Shown here: positions 1 through 11,564 of the stretch, piece after piece | How positions within the stretch are numbered: the stretch's first letter is position 1 | How the letters are laid out: each line of letters opens with the position of its first letter | Assembly (NCBI GenBank): GCA_019704295.1 | Contig: AP024596.1 | Span: forward strand, 480,001 to 544,000 | Source of the DNA: Sulfolobales archaeon HS-7 | GTDB taxonomy: Archaea; Thermoproteota; Thermoprotei_A; Sulfolobales; Sulfolobaceae | Direction: 5' to 3' | DNA length: 64,000 bases | Translations under genes and position numbers: made by a program | Notes under the pieces: generated by a model | What the model saw: the letters and a program-made list of their open reading frames with translations, nothing else | Told to the model about the DNA's origin: nothing | Databases searched by the model: none

Positions 1-2876
1 TTGTATATTGAAGGCAATCTATACACTCCAATCCATTCTCCGAGTGATGAATTGTATTGCAATGGTACTCCCAATTCCGCACCAAAAAACTCGGAATCGA
101 AGGAGTAACTCTCCGGTATTATTGTAGCAGTTAGTACACCTGTCTGATTTTGTAGGCCGTTAACTTTAGCGTAAACATACACCCATTGCCCTTCATACGC
201 TTTAGCTTTTACCAAGACGTCAACCTTCGGTGGAGCAGGACTTATGTAAAGCTGCGTAGTGTAATTTCCATACTGAGTTCCTATACTTGAGTTATAGAAA
301 CTGTGAAATACTACCGTGTAGAACCCTGGCGTAAAGTTCTGAGGTATAGTGTAGTTAGCAATATATCCGAAAAATATACCGTAGTCTGGGAGGTTGTTAG
401 CCTGAGACATTGGAATTGTTGCGACTAGGTTTGAGCCCTTATATAGATACACGGTCATATTTGAGGTTTGATAACCTTCGCCAGATGCATCTGTAGTGAA
501 ACTGACAAACGTCACGTTACTTCCTGGATATGCTGAGGGAAGAGCACCGTTAACCTGCGTGAATATTGAAGAACTGTAAACCTCCATGCCGACGTATACG
601 TACTCGTAAACGCTCAATCCACTTCCGTTTATTATCATTATGTAATTACCCTGAGGAACTCCCGGAAGTATCCCGTATTCGCCTTCATATACAATAGTAT
701 TATCAATTTTAATTGGTATAAGTGGTACAGTAAATACTGTTTTCCCGTTTTTAACGAAATATGCAGTGAAGTTGCCCTGTAGAACTGGAGTTCCGTTAGG
801 ATAACTCGCGGTAACAGCGACTCCGAATTGCGTGTTAGGAGGAATAGGGGCAGCGTTTGGGTACGGTACCGGAAGTAATATAGCACCAGAAAGTCCCACG
901 TCGACGTAGGTAGCGCCAGTTCCCGTAAATCCTCCTGATGAGACGTTAACTCCAATAATCCATGAGTTTAATGGTGCGTTTTGAGGAATTGTGTAAGTAC
1001 CGATCCATTCGGTTCCGTTAAACGTAAGGGGTACCGTTGCTATTATTCCATTCATAGTGGAAATACTTGCGTCAACTGTACCGGAAACCACATTAGAGCC
1101 GTTAGGATAATACGCATTAGCTATTATTTCAAACGTGTTATTATAGAGATATTGGGGAAAGCTGTTAAATGGTGAGTAAGTCGTTACTTGAACTTGAATT
1201 GATGACAAAACCATGCTTTTAAGCACCTGAGCCAGCATGCCTGCATTGGGCGAACCAAGACCGGTTACCATATTGTATTTACCATTTGCCTGATAGACAC
1301 CGTTCGAACCCAAGTATATTCTGTGGAAAGTCTCATTATAAAGGGATGGATTCTGATATATCTTGTAGAGGTAAGGATTTAACATGCCAATTGGTTTACC
1401 GATGTAGGAAATTATGTCCGTGGTAATTCCAGCCCATAGTGGGGTAGCAACGGAGGTCCCACCAATTATTTCCTTCTGACCATCAGCCACTATTACAAAA
1501 CCCGTATACGGGTTTGCATCTGCCGCTACGTCAGGTACTTCTCTTTGTGAGGAGTGCGTGACAGGGTATTGATACCACGGAGACGGAGAGAGAGTACTCA
1601 TACCTCCTCCTGAGGAAACTGTTTCCCCAGAATATTGAGGGGAAATGGACCATGCCGTTTCATATCCATAAGTCGTAATTGCGTTACCAATCGAGACGTA
1701 CCCAGAAGTTACGTTAGCCATAAGGGTAGTACCTCCTACTCCAGTCACAAAGGGCGATGAAGCTGGGAACACCACACCGCCGTAACTAGTAGTAGTTCCC
1801 TCGTAGGCTCCCTCATCACCAGAAGCAGCGAAAAACGTGATTCCTTCAGAAGAACCTAGAGCAAAGTAGTAATTAACGTATGGGTAATTCAAGAATTCCT
1901 GACCGTCAAAGAATATGTAAAATCCAGACTCGCCAAATACATTCTCAGGGGCTCCCCAACTCATACTTACTACGTCTGCAAGGTGTTCACTCACGACTAA
2001 GTCTATCGCCTCATAAAGGGGATTGGCAGGAGATGAAGCGGCTATTAAGTCTATATGAGCGTAGGGAGCCATAGAGTGAATGGCCTCGACATCGAGAGCT
2101 GTTTCAACGGACCAACCAGTCAGAATCCCCTGAGTCGGGTGGTATGGACCGACGGGAATCACTGTTAAGTTAACTGGAGGTAGCCCATATAACGAATCAA
2201 ATTTCTTAAGGTCTTGATAGATTGTGGGATCACCGTAAGCATCTATGACAGCTACTGTCACTCCCTTTCCTCCATCAGTTAATAAAGGTGTAACGTTATA
2301 AGCTCCCTGTATTTCCTTTGGAGTATAATAGGTATATGAAAATTGAATACCCAGTGCCCTTATCTCGTTTAAGTTGATGGAATTCGGAACAGGTGATTGA
2401 ACCAGTTGATTTCCCTTAAGTTGTCCCAAAACTATATACTGAGGTCGTATTGTCGTGTAATTCGTTAATCCTCCTATCAGGAAACCCCGAAGTTGTGACG
2501 GTATTTCAGGATACGTATATGGTTTATAATAAATTTCCTCTGGGGTTTCGTACAGATAAAGCTTAGTACGAAATAGGGAGTTAATTTGGGAAGCAGTCCC
2601 TTCTACCATTATACTTAGGTTATCTTTACTAAGGTACACGGGTTTTAGTCCTCTGCTTTCGAGAAAGCTAAGTACTTTTCCGAACATTAATGTCTGAGAT
2701 GGCGTAAAGTAAACGGAAAAACATATTGTTGCATTGTCTTGAAGAGGACGTATTTGAATACCGGTTAGATTAGGTCCTAAATACGACGTTGCTTGACTGT
2801 TACTGATTAGGAATAGTAAGGGATTTCCAAAAATTAAAAGAGCTAACAATGTTAAGATAACTAATTTACTTTTCAT
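1..2876 (-). CDS. Secreted S53 (sedolisin/kumamolisin) serine peptidase with prodomain and long C-terminal extension; 3' end lies outside the window
   Basis: Missed by the ORF track. Manual translation from ATG at 2876 gives a signal peptide MKSKLVILTLLALLIFG, then ETALDVE (catalytic Glu/Asp), SMSWG, AASGDEG (oxyanion Asp) and GGTSVATPLWAG (catalytic Ser). The same frame is open at the left edge (…LQYNSSLGEWIGVYRLPSIY). Confidence 0.93.
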   Translation of the reverse strand, partial: MKSKLVILTLLALLIFGNPLLFLISNSQATSYLGPNLTGIQIRPLQDNATICFSVYFTPSQTLMFGKVLSFLESRGLKPVYLSKDNLSIMVEGTASQINSLFRTKLYLYETPEEIYYKPYTYPEIPSQLRGFLIGGLTNYTTIRPQYIVLGQLKGNQLVQSPVPNSINLNEIRALGIQFSYTYYTPKEIQGAYNVTPLLTDGGKGVTVAVIDAYGDPTIYQDLKKFDSLYGLPPVNLTVIPVGPYHPTQGILTGWSVETALDVEAIHSMAPYAHIDLIAASSPANPLYEAIDLVVSEHLADVVSMSWGAPENVFGESGFYIFFDGQEFLNYPYVNYYFALGSSEGITFFAASGDEGAYEGTTTSYGGVVFPASSPFVTGVGGTTLMANVTSGYVSIGNAITTYGYETAWSISPQYSGETVSSGGGMSTLSPSPWYQYPVTHSSQREVPDVAADANPYTGFVIVADGQKEIIGGTSVATPLWAGITTDIISYIGKPIGMLNPYLYKIYQNPSLYNETFHRIYLGSNGVYQANGKYNMVTGLGSPNAGMLAQVLKSMVLSSIQVQVTTYSPFNSFPQYLYNNTFEIIANAYYPNGSNVVSGTVDASISTMNGIIATVPLTFNGTEWIGTYTIPQNAPLNSWIIGVNVSSGGFTGTGATYVDVGLSGAILLPVPYPNAAPIPPNTQFGVAVTASYPNGTPVLQGNFTAYFVKNGKTVFTVPLIPIKIDNTIVYEGEYGILPGVPQGNYIMIINGSGLSVYEYVYVGMEVYSSSIFTQVNGALPSAYPGSNVTFVSFTTDASGEGYQTSNMTVYLYKGSNLVATIPMSQANNLPDYGIFFGYIANYTIPQNFTPGFYTVVFHSFYNSSIGTQYGNYTTQLYISPAPPKVDVLVKAKAYEGQWVYVYAKVNGLQNQTGVLTATIIPESYSFDSEFFGAELGVPLQYNSSLGEWIGVYRLPSIY

Positions 2877-2956
2877 TAGTTATAGGATAACAGAAGGCTT
2901 ATTTAAGTGTTTTACAAACTTAAAGCCTTAACTCATAAATCTTTCCTTGAAATACT

Positions 2957-3256
2957 TGAGTTAACTTACCCCTACTTAACAAAGTGGCTTCCTTCTTCAC
3001 TGCTCCACCTTGCTATCAGCAGAGGGCATCACAGGCACTAGGGGTCGCATCCACCTCGAACTTAAAGGTAGTGTCCCATATGGGACTCTATTTGGAGTGG
3101 AAGCGTACCACATCAACCCTAGCTTCGGCGTTCCAGTGACGCTTATCCCGTTGATGACAGTCATTAGATATATCAGGCTATTAACAGATATTCAAACTTA
3201 TACAGAGGGGGCTATCCATCTCCATCCCCACGGTTCTTCCTCCCCATTTGAACCCT
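2957..3256. mobile_element. Non-autonomous IS200/IS605-type element (MITE/PATE-like, ~300 bp), degenerate
   Basis: GC-richer than its flanks. Shares colinear blocks with 41249-41505 (CCACCTTGCT, GCGTACCAC, GGG-CTA-CCATCTC) and, inverted, with 38884-39036. Ends resemble recalled Sulfolobales IS605-family ends. No transposase ORF. Confidence 0.7.
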
Positions 3257-3282
3257 CGATGAAGATAAAAGTCTTTATAACA

Positions 3283-3990
3283 TTAACTATGTCCAGAGAC
3301 TGCATTTACTATCTCGTCTATGTGAGCTTTATTAGAGGATTTAGGTATGGGTACTGTCCTCTTCATTATATAAGAAAGAGCTTCCTTCAAACCCACCCTT
3401 GCTGCTGCCCCCTTTTCCAACGGCTCGTAAGCTATCACTTTTATTTTGTTTTCCTCACAGAAGGGGATTATGTCCTTTTCAGGTTCCCTGTAAAAATAAT
3501 TATACTTTATCTCGTTAGCGAAAATCTCATACTTTCTTGTGCAAGACAAGGCTTCCCTTAAATGAGGTACATCGAAATTACTTACCCCTATGTGTCTAGC
3601 TATACCAGATTCCACCAAAGTTTCTAATGCTCTAATCGATTCACACAACGGAACTTGATCGTTTGGCCAATGAATAAGGTATAAGTCTAAAAAGGTTCCA
3701 ACCCTTTTAGCACTGGCTTTTCCCGACTTGATCAAATCCTCATAGTGAAGATGATTACTCCAAACCTTTGAAATAATGAAAACATCGTCCCTAACCTCTC
3801 TTTTAATTGCCTCACCAACTAGCTCCTCCGTATGTCCTCCACCGTACATCTCCGCAGTATCAATCGTTCTTATCCCCTTAGACAACCAGTACTTCATTGC
3901 CTCGATTTCCTCTTTGTCTTTCGTGTAGTCTGCCTTCCAGTAACCTCCCCCTATCCCCCAAGTTCCAAACCCTATCCTTCCAATTTCCAT
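3283..3990 (-). CDS. Aldo/keto reductase
   Basis: GFGTWGIGG, IDTAEMYG, ISKV, DLYLIHWP, IGVSNF, PIPKSS. Confidence 0.93.
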   Translation of the reverse strand: MEIGRIGFGTWGIGGGYWKADYTKDKEEIEAMKYWLSKGIRTIDTAEMYGGGHTEELVGEAIKREVRDDVFIISKVWSNHLHYEDLIKSGKASAKRVGTFLDLYLIHWPNDQVPLCESIRALETLVESGIARHIGVSNFDVPHLREALSCTRKYEIFANEIKYNYFYREPEKDIIPFCEENKIKVIAYEPLEKGAAARVGLKEALSYIMKRTVPIPKSSNKAHIDEIVNAVSGHS

Positions 3991-4024
3991 AACTATTTAT
4001 AAATCACGACGAAATTATGAAGTT

Positions 4025-4876
4025 ATGGAAATCGTTATTCCCATATTGACTCCGTTCAAAGGAGATAAGATCGATCAGAACGCTATGGCAGAACACGCTG
4101 GCAGGCTTACCAAGGAGGGCGCTGATATAATTTTCGTGGCTGGTTCGACAGGATTAGGTGTAGCCCTATCAACTCAAGAGAAGATGTTGGCGCTGGAGGC
4201 AGTATACAGTTCTACAAAGAAAGTGATTTTCCAAGTAGGAGGTTTGAACCTATATGATATTAAGGAACTCCTCTCCTATTCAAAGAAATTCGACATAATA
4301 GGTGTCGCAGCAATTGCTCCCTACTACTTTCAAAGGATACCGGAAGGCGATTTAGTTAGATATTATAAGGACATTTGTTCTTCCTCCCCTCATGATGTGT
4401 ACGTATACAACTATCCTCTTGCCACTGGAAAAGACATTATCCCTAAAGTTATAAGGGAAGCTGGATGTATTAAGGGGTTGAAGGATACCACGTCAGAACT
4501 TTTCCACTCACTTCAGTATAAACGAGATATTCAGGGAATAAAGGTATACACAGGGACTGATACACTTATCCTCTCTGCCTTTACCTCTGGATTAGACGGA
4601 GTCGTAGCAGGTTCAGGAAATTACGCTCTAGATATAATAGTTAAAATAAGAGAAAGTGTAAAAAGAAATGACATTAAGGAAGGATTAAAACTGCAGTTCA
4701 AGTTGTCACGGTTAATAGACCTTGCAAGGCAATACGGCCAATTTTCGGCCAACTACGAATTGGCTAAGGTGTTAAGGGGCTATGATGTGGGAGAACCTAG
4801 AGCTCCAATATATCCACTGTCTGACGAGGAAAAAAATGAGTTAAGAATAAAATCCCTAGAAATTTACAGGGATTAG
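4025..4876 (+). CDS. kdgA: 2-keto-3-deoxy-(6-phospho)gluconate aldolase (DHDPS/NAL family)
   Basis: GSTG, FQVGGLNL, APYYF, YNYPLATGKDI, Schiff-base KDT; closely resembles Sulfolobus KD(P)G aldolase. Confidence 0.88.
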   Translation: MEIVIPILTPFKGDKIDQNAMAEHAGRLTKEGADIIFVAGSTGLGVALSTQEKMLALEAVYSSTKKVIFQVGGLNLYDIKELLSYSKKFDIIGVAAIAPYYFQRIPEGDLVRYYKDICSSSPHDVYVYNYPLATGKDIIPKVIREAGCIKGLKDTTSELFHSLQYKRDIQGIKVYTGTDTLILSAFTSGLDGVVAGSGNYALDIIVKIRESVKRNDIKEGLKLQFKLSRLIDLARQYGQFSANYELAKVLRGYDVGEPRAPIYPLSDEEKNELRIKSLEIYRD

Positions 4877-5000
4877 TATCGTCTAAATAGGTTGTTCATT
4901 ATATACGATAAACTCAATTTTCAGTAATGACCAGCGAAGAATAGTAGATACAGTTTTTCCCATTCTTGAATACACAAAAAAGAAGAAGGCGCAGCTGAAT

Positions 5001-5843
5001 TCAGAGATGGGGTATAAAAGGATAACTTCCTATAAGAAAACTAATTATTCCTATTAGAGCAGTTCCCTTAAGTAAAGTTGCCGATCTGCTCATTCCCTCT
5101 TTAGAAAGAGGTACCCTTATCGAGCTAATTAAATAAAAGTAGAAGGGGATTAATAGTAATAAGTAGAGGATATTATAGCTAAATAGAATAGCCGGAAGCG
5201 GTCCCAATATAGCAGTGAGAATTAGAAGAAGCGCTGAAATCTTCCATGTAGTCCTGATGCCGAACCTTACAGCTAGTGTCTTAACCCCATGCAATCTATC
5301 CCCTTCAAAGTCCTCTATTCCCTTAATTATCTCCCTCCCTAACGTAAGCATAAACGAAAAGGCAAAGGGAACCAAGGTTATCAAATAGCCCTGTTCTGCA
5401 GCTATAGAACCGTAGTAAATTGATAAGGCTGTAGTTAGCGCTACTATTAAATTTCCCCACAGGCCGCTCTTTTTTAGATGCGATGCGTATAAGTAAAGAA
5501 GAACTGATGTAATTATGGATATAAATACAGCATAAAAATTTAATATGAATGAGAGTATTATTCCTATACTAAATAGAATAAGAGCAAGAGTCCTTGCCCT
5601 TTTTGCCGATATTTTCCCGGAAGGTATGGGCCTATACGGTTTGTTCACCTTATCTATTTCGGCGTCAAAAACGTCATTTATTACGTAACCTGCACCGGCT
5701 ATCATACCAACTATAAGAGATGAAATTAGAAGATACCTAACATCTACATCCCACCGCGTAGCCACCAAGTAACCCATTATATCTCCTAACATAGCACCAA
5801 ATACGTTATGGATCCTTACGAGGCGGAGATAGTCGGATATCAA
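5001..5843 (-). CDS. Digeranylgeranylglyceryl phosphate synthase (UbiA family)
   Basis: NDVFDAEIDKVNKPYRPIPSG and REIIKGIEDFEGD Asp-rich motifs; multi-TM; TTG start. Confidence 0.85.
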   Translation of the reverse strand: MISDYLRLVRIHNVFGAMLGDIMGYLVATRWDVDVRYLLISSLIVGMIAGAGYVINDVFDAEIDKVNKPYRPIPSGKISAKRARTLALILFSIGIILSFILNFYAVFISIITSVLLYLYASHLKKSGLWGNLIVALTTALSIYYGSIAAEQGYLITLVPFAFSFMLTLGREIIKGIEDFEGDRLHGVKTLAVRFGIRTTWKISALLLILTAILGPLPAILFSYNILYLLLLIPFYFYLISSIRVPLSKEGMSRSATLLKGTALIGIISFLIGSYPFIPHL

Positions 5844-5947
5844 GCTCTTACTCCCTCTGCGTTAAACCGTGTTGCAAAGTAAAATGTTTTTACTCTACTA
5901 CTTTATTATTTCATTGGCGGTAATTCACGTCAAAAAAGTTCGAGGAA

Positions 5948-8281
<2,334 letters not shown>

Positions 8282-8460
8282 CTCTATATTGTTATTTTCC
8301 ACCCCAATACAGAACATGTACTTCAACCATCAATACAAGCCATCTCCTTCATCTTCAAACTAAGATATTCCCTTAAGTTTCTGGGATAGCCGTCATTAAC
8401 AGTTTCAGATAAATCGTGAAATTTTATATACTATATGTATAATATTTTTAAAACTTTACT

Positions 8461-8655
8461 ACCAGATGTGGATGGGTTTCCCGAAAGGCGGCAAGATATT
8501 ATAGAAGATGTACGGGTATTCCCATACTCCGCAGTGAGTTATCCAGCTAAAGGCACGGAGAGGAATGGACGGGGCAATGCCCCGAAACTTTGGCAAAAAT
8601 CCAATAGTTAAGGATTGGCTATGAATCCATGAAAATTCAACGAAGCCTAAACCCA
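8461..8655 (+). mobile_element. Relic resembling the tnpB 3' end / omega-RNA region of an IS605/IS1341-type element
   Basis: GC-rich non-coding island with hairpin CGGGGC-AAT-GCCCCG (8570-8584). GATGT-GG…CCCGAAAGG and terminal GAAGCCTAAACCC resemble recalled archaeal tnpB downstream regions. Confidence 0.45.
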
Positions 8656-8707
8656 TAGAATCTTAACACTCACTTAACCCCAATTTTGTAAGATAGATTA
8701 AACTTAT

Positions 8708-8744
8708 TTTCATGGGTACCCATGATTTATGGGTACCCATGAAA
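8708..8744. promoter_or_regulatory. Tandem palindromic operator-like site at the start of the ATPase gene
   Basis: Perfect 16-bp palindrome TCATGGGTACCCATGA (8710-8725) followed by ATGGGTACCCAT (8729-8740). Confidence 0.6.
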
Positions 8745-9884
8745 TTCCTCTTTGGAATGCCTACTGACGAACCGTATGACAGAGAAGAAGAGATCAAAAC
8801 GCTAACCGAAATGATTAGAAGAAAACAACCTACAGTGATTGTAGGAGTTAGAAGGATCGGTAAAACATCAATAATTCTGAAAAGTGTGAAAAATATGGAA
8901 TCACCAAAGATATTTCTTTCAGCCAAGGAGTTCGTTGAAGGAAAGAGCTTTGATTTACAGTCATTCCTTTCAGCATACTCATCTCTTATTCTCAGCGAGT
9001 TCCTGAGGGTTATAGATCCCAAGATAAGAATTCCACAAACAATAAAGATCAGAGGGAGGGAATTGCTAGACACCCTCAGAGAGCTAGTAGGATATGCCAA
9101 AATAAGGTTAAATATACCACTCACTGAAGTTGAGCTATTTCTTGATAGTTTCAAGAAGGCGAGTTTTAGGGAAGGAGTGGCGGAGATTATAGAACTTCCT
9201 CAAAGATTGGCGGAAGAATTTAGCCTAAATTTTACAATTATAATTGACGAATTCCAGTACTTAAGGTTGGCTTCTCAAAATTATCCAGGTATTTTCCACC
9301 TTTTAAGATCTAAATGGCAACTTCATGACAGAGTTGCTTACGTTATCTCGGGTTCTTCCGTAGGCTTGTTGGAAAGAACCTTCTCTAAGAAGACAGAGCC
9401 ATTTTATCAGTTCTTTTATCCCATTTACGTTGAACGGTTTAGGAGTGATGTGTCTATTAGTTTTCTTGAACAAGGCTTTAGTGATGAAGGACGAGAGGTT
9501 GAGTACGATGCCATATCTCTCGCAGTAAAAGAACTTGATGGTATTCCAGCGTGGTTAAACTACTTTGGATTGAAGAGTATATCATGTAAAAGAGTTACAG
9601 TTAGCTGTGCTAAAAAGGTACTTGCTAGTTTAAACGAAGATCCGCTAATTAGGAACATCGTTCTTGATGAGTATCGAAAGTTCGGAAAAAACGCAAGGAT
9701 TATTCTTAAGTTTCTGGCAAGTGTAGGAGGGGAAGGTAAATTGAGAGGAATAGACATAAGCAGATCTGGAGTTAACGAGGGAATAAAAAGTCTGCTCAAT
9801 GATGGGTATATTGAAAGAAGAGAGAGAGGCGTTTACAAAATTGTGGATCCCGTTATATCTAAATTAATTCCTACAATCGTCTAA
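8712..9884 (+). CDS. Archaeal ATPase (ATPase_2 family) with C-terminal winged helix; true start probably 8739
   Basis: YDREEE, Walker A GVRRIGKTS, Walker B IIIDEFQ, ISGSS, GIPAWL, C-terminal GYIERRERGVYKIVDP. Confidence 0.88.
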   Translation: MGTHDLWVPMKFLFGMPTDEPYDREEEIKTLTEMIRRKQPTVIVGVRRIGKTSIILKSVKNMESPKIFLSAKEFVEGKSFDLQSFLSAYSSLILSEFLRVIDPKIRIPQTIKIRGRELLDTLRELVGYAKIRLNIPLTEVELFLDSFKKASFREGVAEIIELPQRLAEEFSLNFTIIIDEFQYLRLASQNYPGIFHLLRSKWQLHDRVAYVISGSSVGLLERTFSKKTEPFYQFFYPIYVERFRSDVSISFLEQGFSDEGREVEYDAISLAVKELDGIPAWLNYFGLKSISCKRVTVSCAKKVLASLNEDPLIRNIVLDEYRKFGKNARIILKFLASVGGEGKLRGIDISRSGVNEGIKSLLNDGYIERRERGVYKIVDPVISKLIPTIV

Positions 9885-9936
9885 AGCAACTATTATGAAG
9901 AATATGATTTTTATCCTCACGATCTAAACGTTACTC

Positions 9937-10233
9937 ATGATTAATGTCGGATTCTATTATAGAGTGAAGAAGGGAAAGACAGATGAGTTTGAGAAGATCT
10001 TTACTCAGGTTACCAAAAAGCTGATGGAAGGTAATACAGGTATTATAGGTGCGCGACTTTACAAAAGTGTGGAGGAGCCTAACGAATATCTTATCTATAC
10101 TGAGTGGAATAGTGTAGACGACTTCAAGAAATTTATGATGAGTGAAGACTTTAGACAAACTACCGCGATAGGGAAGGAAATAATAGAAGGGCGTCCTACA
10201 CATAAGGTCTTTAAGGAGTTTACCGAAGCCTAA
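9937..10233 (+). CDS. Antibiotic biosynthesis monooxygenase (ABM) family protein
   Basis: YRVKKGKTDEFE, GARLYKS, EYLIYTEWNS; 98-aa ferredoxin-like pattern. Confidence 0.8.
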   Translation: MINVGFYYRVKKGKTDEFEKIFTQVTKKLMEGNTGIIGARLYKSVEEPNEYLIYTEWNSVDDFKKFMMSEDFRQTTAIGKEIIEGRPTHKVFKEFTEA

Positions 10234-11287
10234 TAATCTTATATTCGTCTTCGTCAGACTCGATCTCATATTCTGTAAGTGAAGATGGTATTTCCTCGCA
10301 CGATTTACATTCCCTTAATTTAGGCATTTTTGTATCAGATAACACTATAACCGCCTTCCCGCTGAATTTTTTCTCTAACTTCTTAACCAAATCGTTAATA
10401 TACTGATATCCCTCGACGATGGTCCAAACCTCCAATTCCAGATATTTTGCTACCTCCAGCAACATATGATAATACTTATTCTCATTCCATCCCTCTAGAA
10501 TGTCAGTCGTCGATGTCCTTAACTCCTTTTTCACGAACCTGAATGGCAAAATAATTACGTCTGGTTCAAAGTCAAGATCCTCAGTATAACCGGACTGTCG
10601 TAAACTTGAAGTTAGAGTTGAGAAACCCCTTCGCATGTATTTTTCCGACAGAGTTCGATTGAAGTTTTTGTCCTTATCATATCCTTCATGAAACTTGGTT
10701 ATAACGTCCATATAAGCACTCACAATATCATTTTCCCTAGCTGATACGTCATCATACCCCCTCACCTCTGATGGAGCAAGAGCCCATAAAGGGCTGTTTC
10801 TATTATAAACATATCCGCCCATAATTGGGTTAGCTATGAGAATCCTCTTACCAGTTATTAGAGGTGCTAGAAAGGCACTCTTTTGCCGCAACTTAAATGG
10901 ATCTCCCTCATCTCCAGTAGGATCGACGGCTATCCCACTTATCATACCGTTTTTCCTGTCCACCATAGAGTAATAGCTAACTCTAAAAAAAGGGACAAAC
11001 GCACTGTCTTTATACATAGAGGAGAAATGCTGAATTCCCTTCTCTACAATTTCATCTAGTTTGGCAATGAAGTGATCATAGGCGTGCTCAGCGTCTCTGA
11101 ACTTCTCCTCTAGTTCGGCATATGGAATCACTGCCTGTTCTCCCGGCAAGGGAAGATAATACTTAAATCCAAACAGCTTTGGTAGGTCGGGTACGGCTGC
11201 ATCTATGACTGACTTTAGAACGGAAATCATAACTTCAGGTAGTTCGCTAATATGTACTACTTTATCCTTCTTTTTTGAGATTAGCAT
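10220..11287 (-). CDS. Hypothetical protein (355 aa)
   Basis: Long ORF with globular composition; no motif recognised. Confidence 0.75.
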   Translation of the reverse strand: MLISKKKDKVVHISELPEVMISVLKSVIDAAVPDLPKLFGFKYYLPLPGEQAVIPYAELEEKFRDAEHAYDHFIAKLDEIVEKGIQHFSSMYKDSAFVPFFRVSYYSMVDRKNGMISGIAVDPTGDEGDPFKLRQKSAFLAPLITGKRILIANPIMGGYVYNRNSPLWALAPSEVRGYDDVSARENDIVSAYMDVITKFHEGYDKDKNFNRTLSEKYMRRGFSTLTSSLRQSGYTEDLDFEPDVIILPFRFVKKELRTSTTDILEGWNENKYYHMLLEVAKYLELEVWTIVEGYQYINDLVKKLEKKFSGKAVIVLSDTKMPKLRECKSCEEIPSSLTEYEIESDEDEYKIIRLR

Positions 11288-11564
11288 AAGGAATTTTTAC
11301 ACGCTTAACTAAAAATTTGTCTGATAATAATCTTTACATCGGTAGCAGTTAATCGGCGGACGACCCATACGTACCAGTAGATCCGAAATAATCTTTCTTT
11401 ATAATATTTAAATAACTATTATTAAGCGTGAAATCAGTAGATAAATGCTTACAGTGATGAACACGTATTATTTCGCTAGTGAGTTAACTAGTAATGCAAG
11501 TTTCTCGCCATATTAATTCTGATATTATCGTAAATTACCTTTTTCACCCTTAGAGTTTCAGGGA

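Noticed and set aside
638-2074. ORFs 638-955, 981-1175 and 1880-2074
   Set aside because: Alternate-frame or antisense shadows inside the S53 peptidase gene
3010-3561. 183-aa + strand ORF
   Set aside because: Runs through the MITE and antisense into the aldo/keto reductase; not protein-like
11454-11522. C/D box sRNA (GTGATGA…CTGA)
   Set aside because: Spacing is too long and there are no internal D'/C' boxes or recognisable guides
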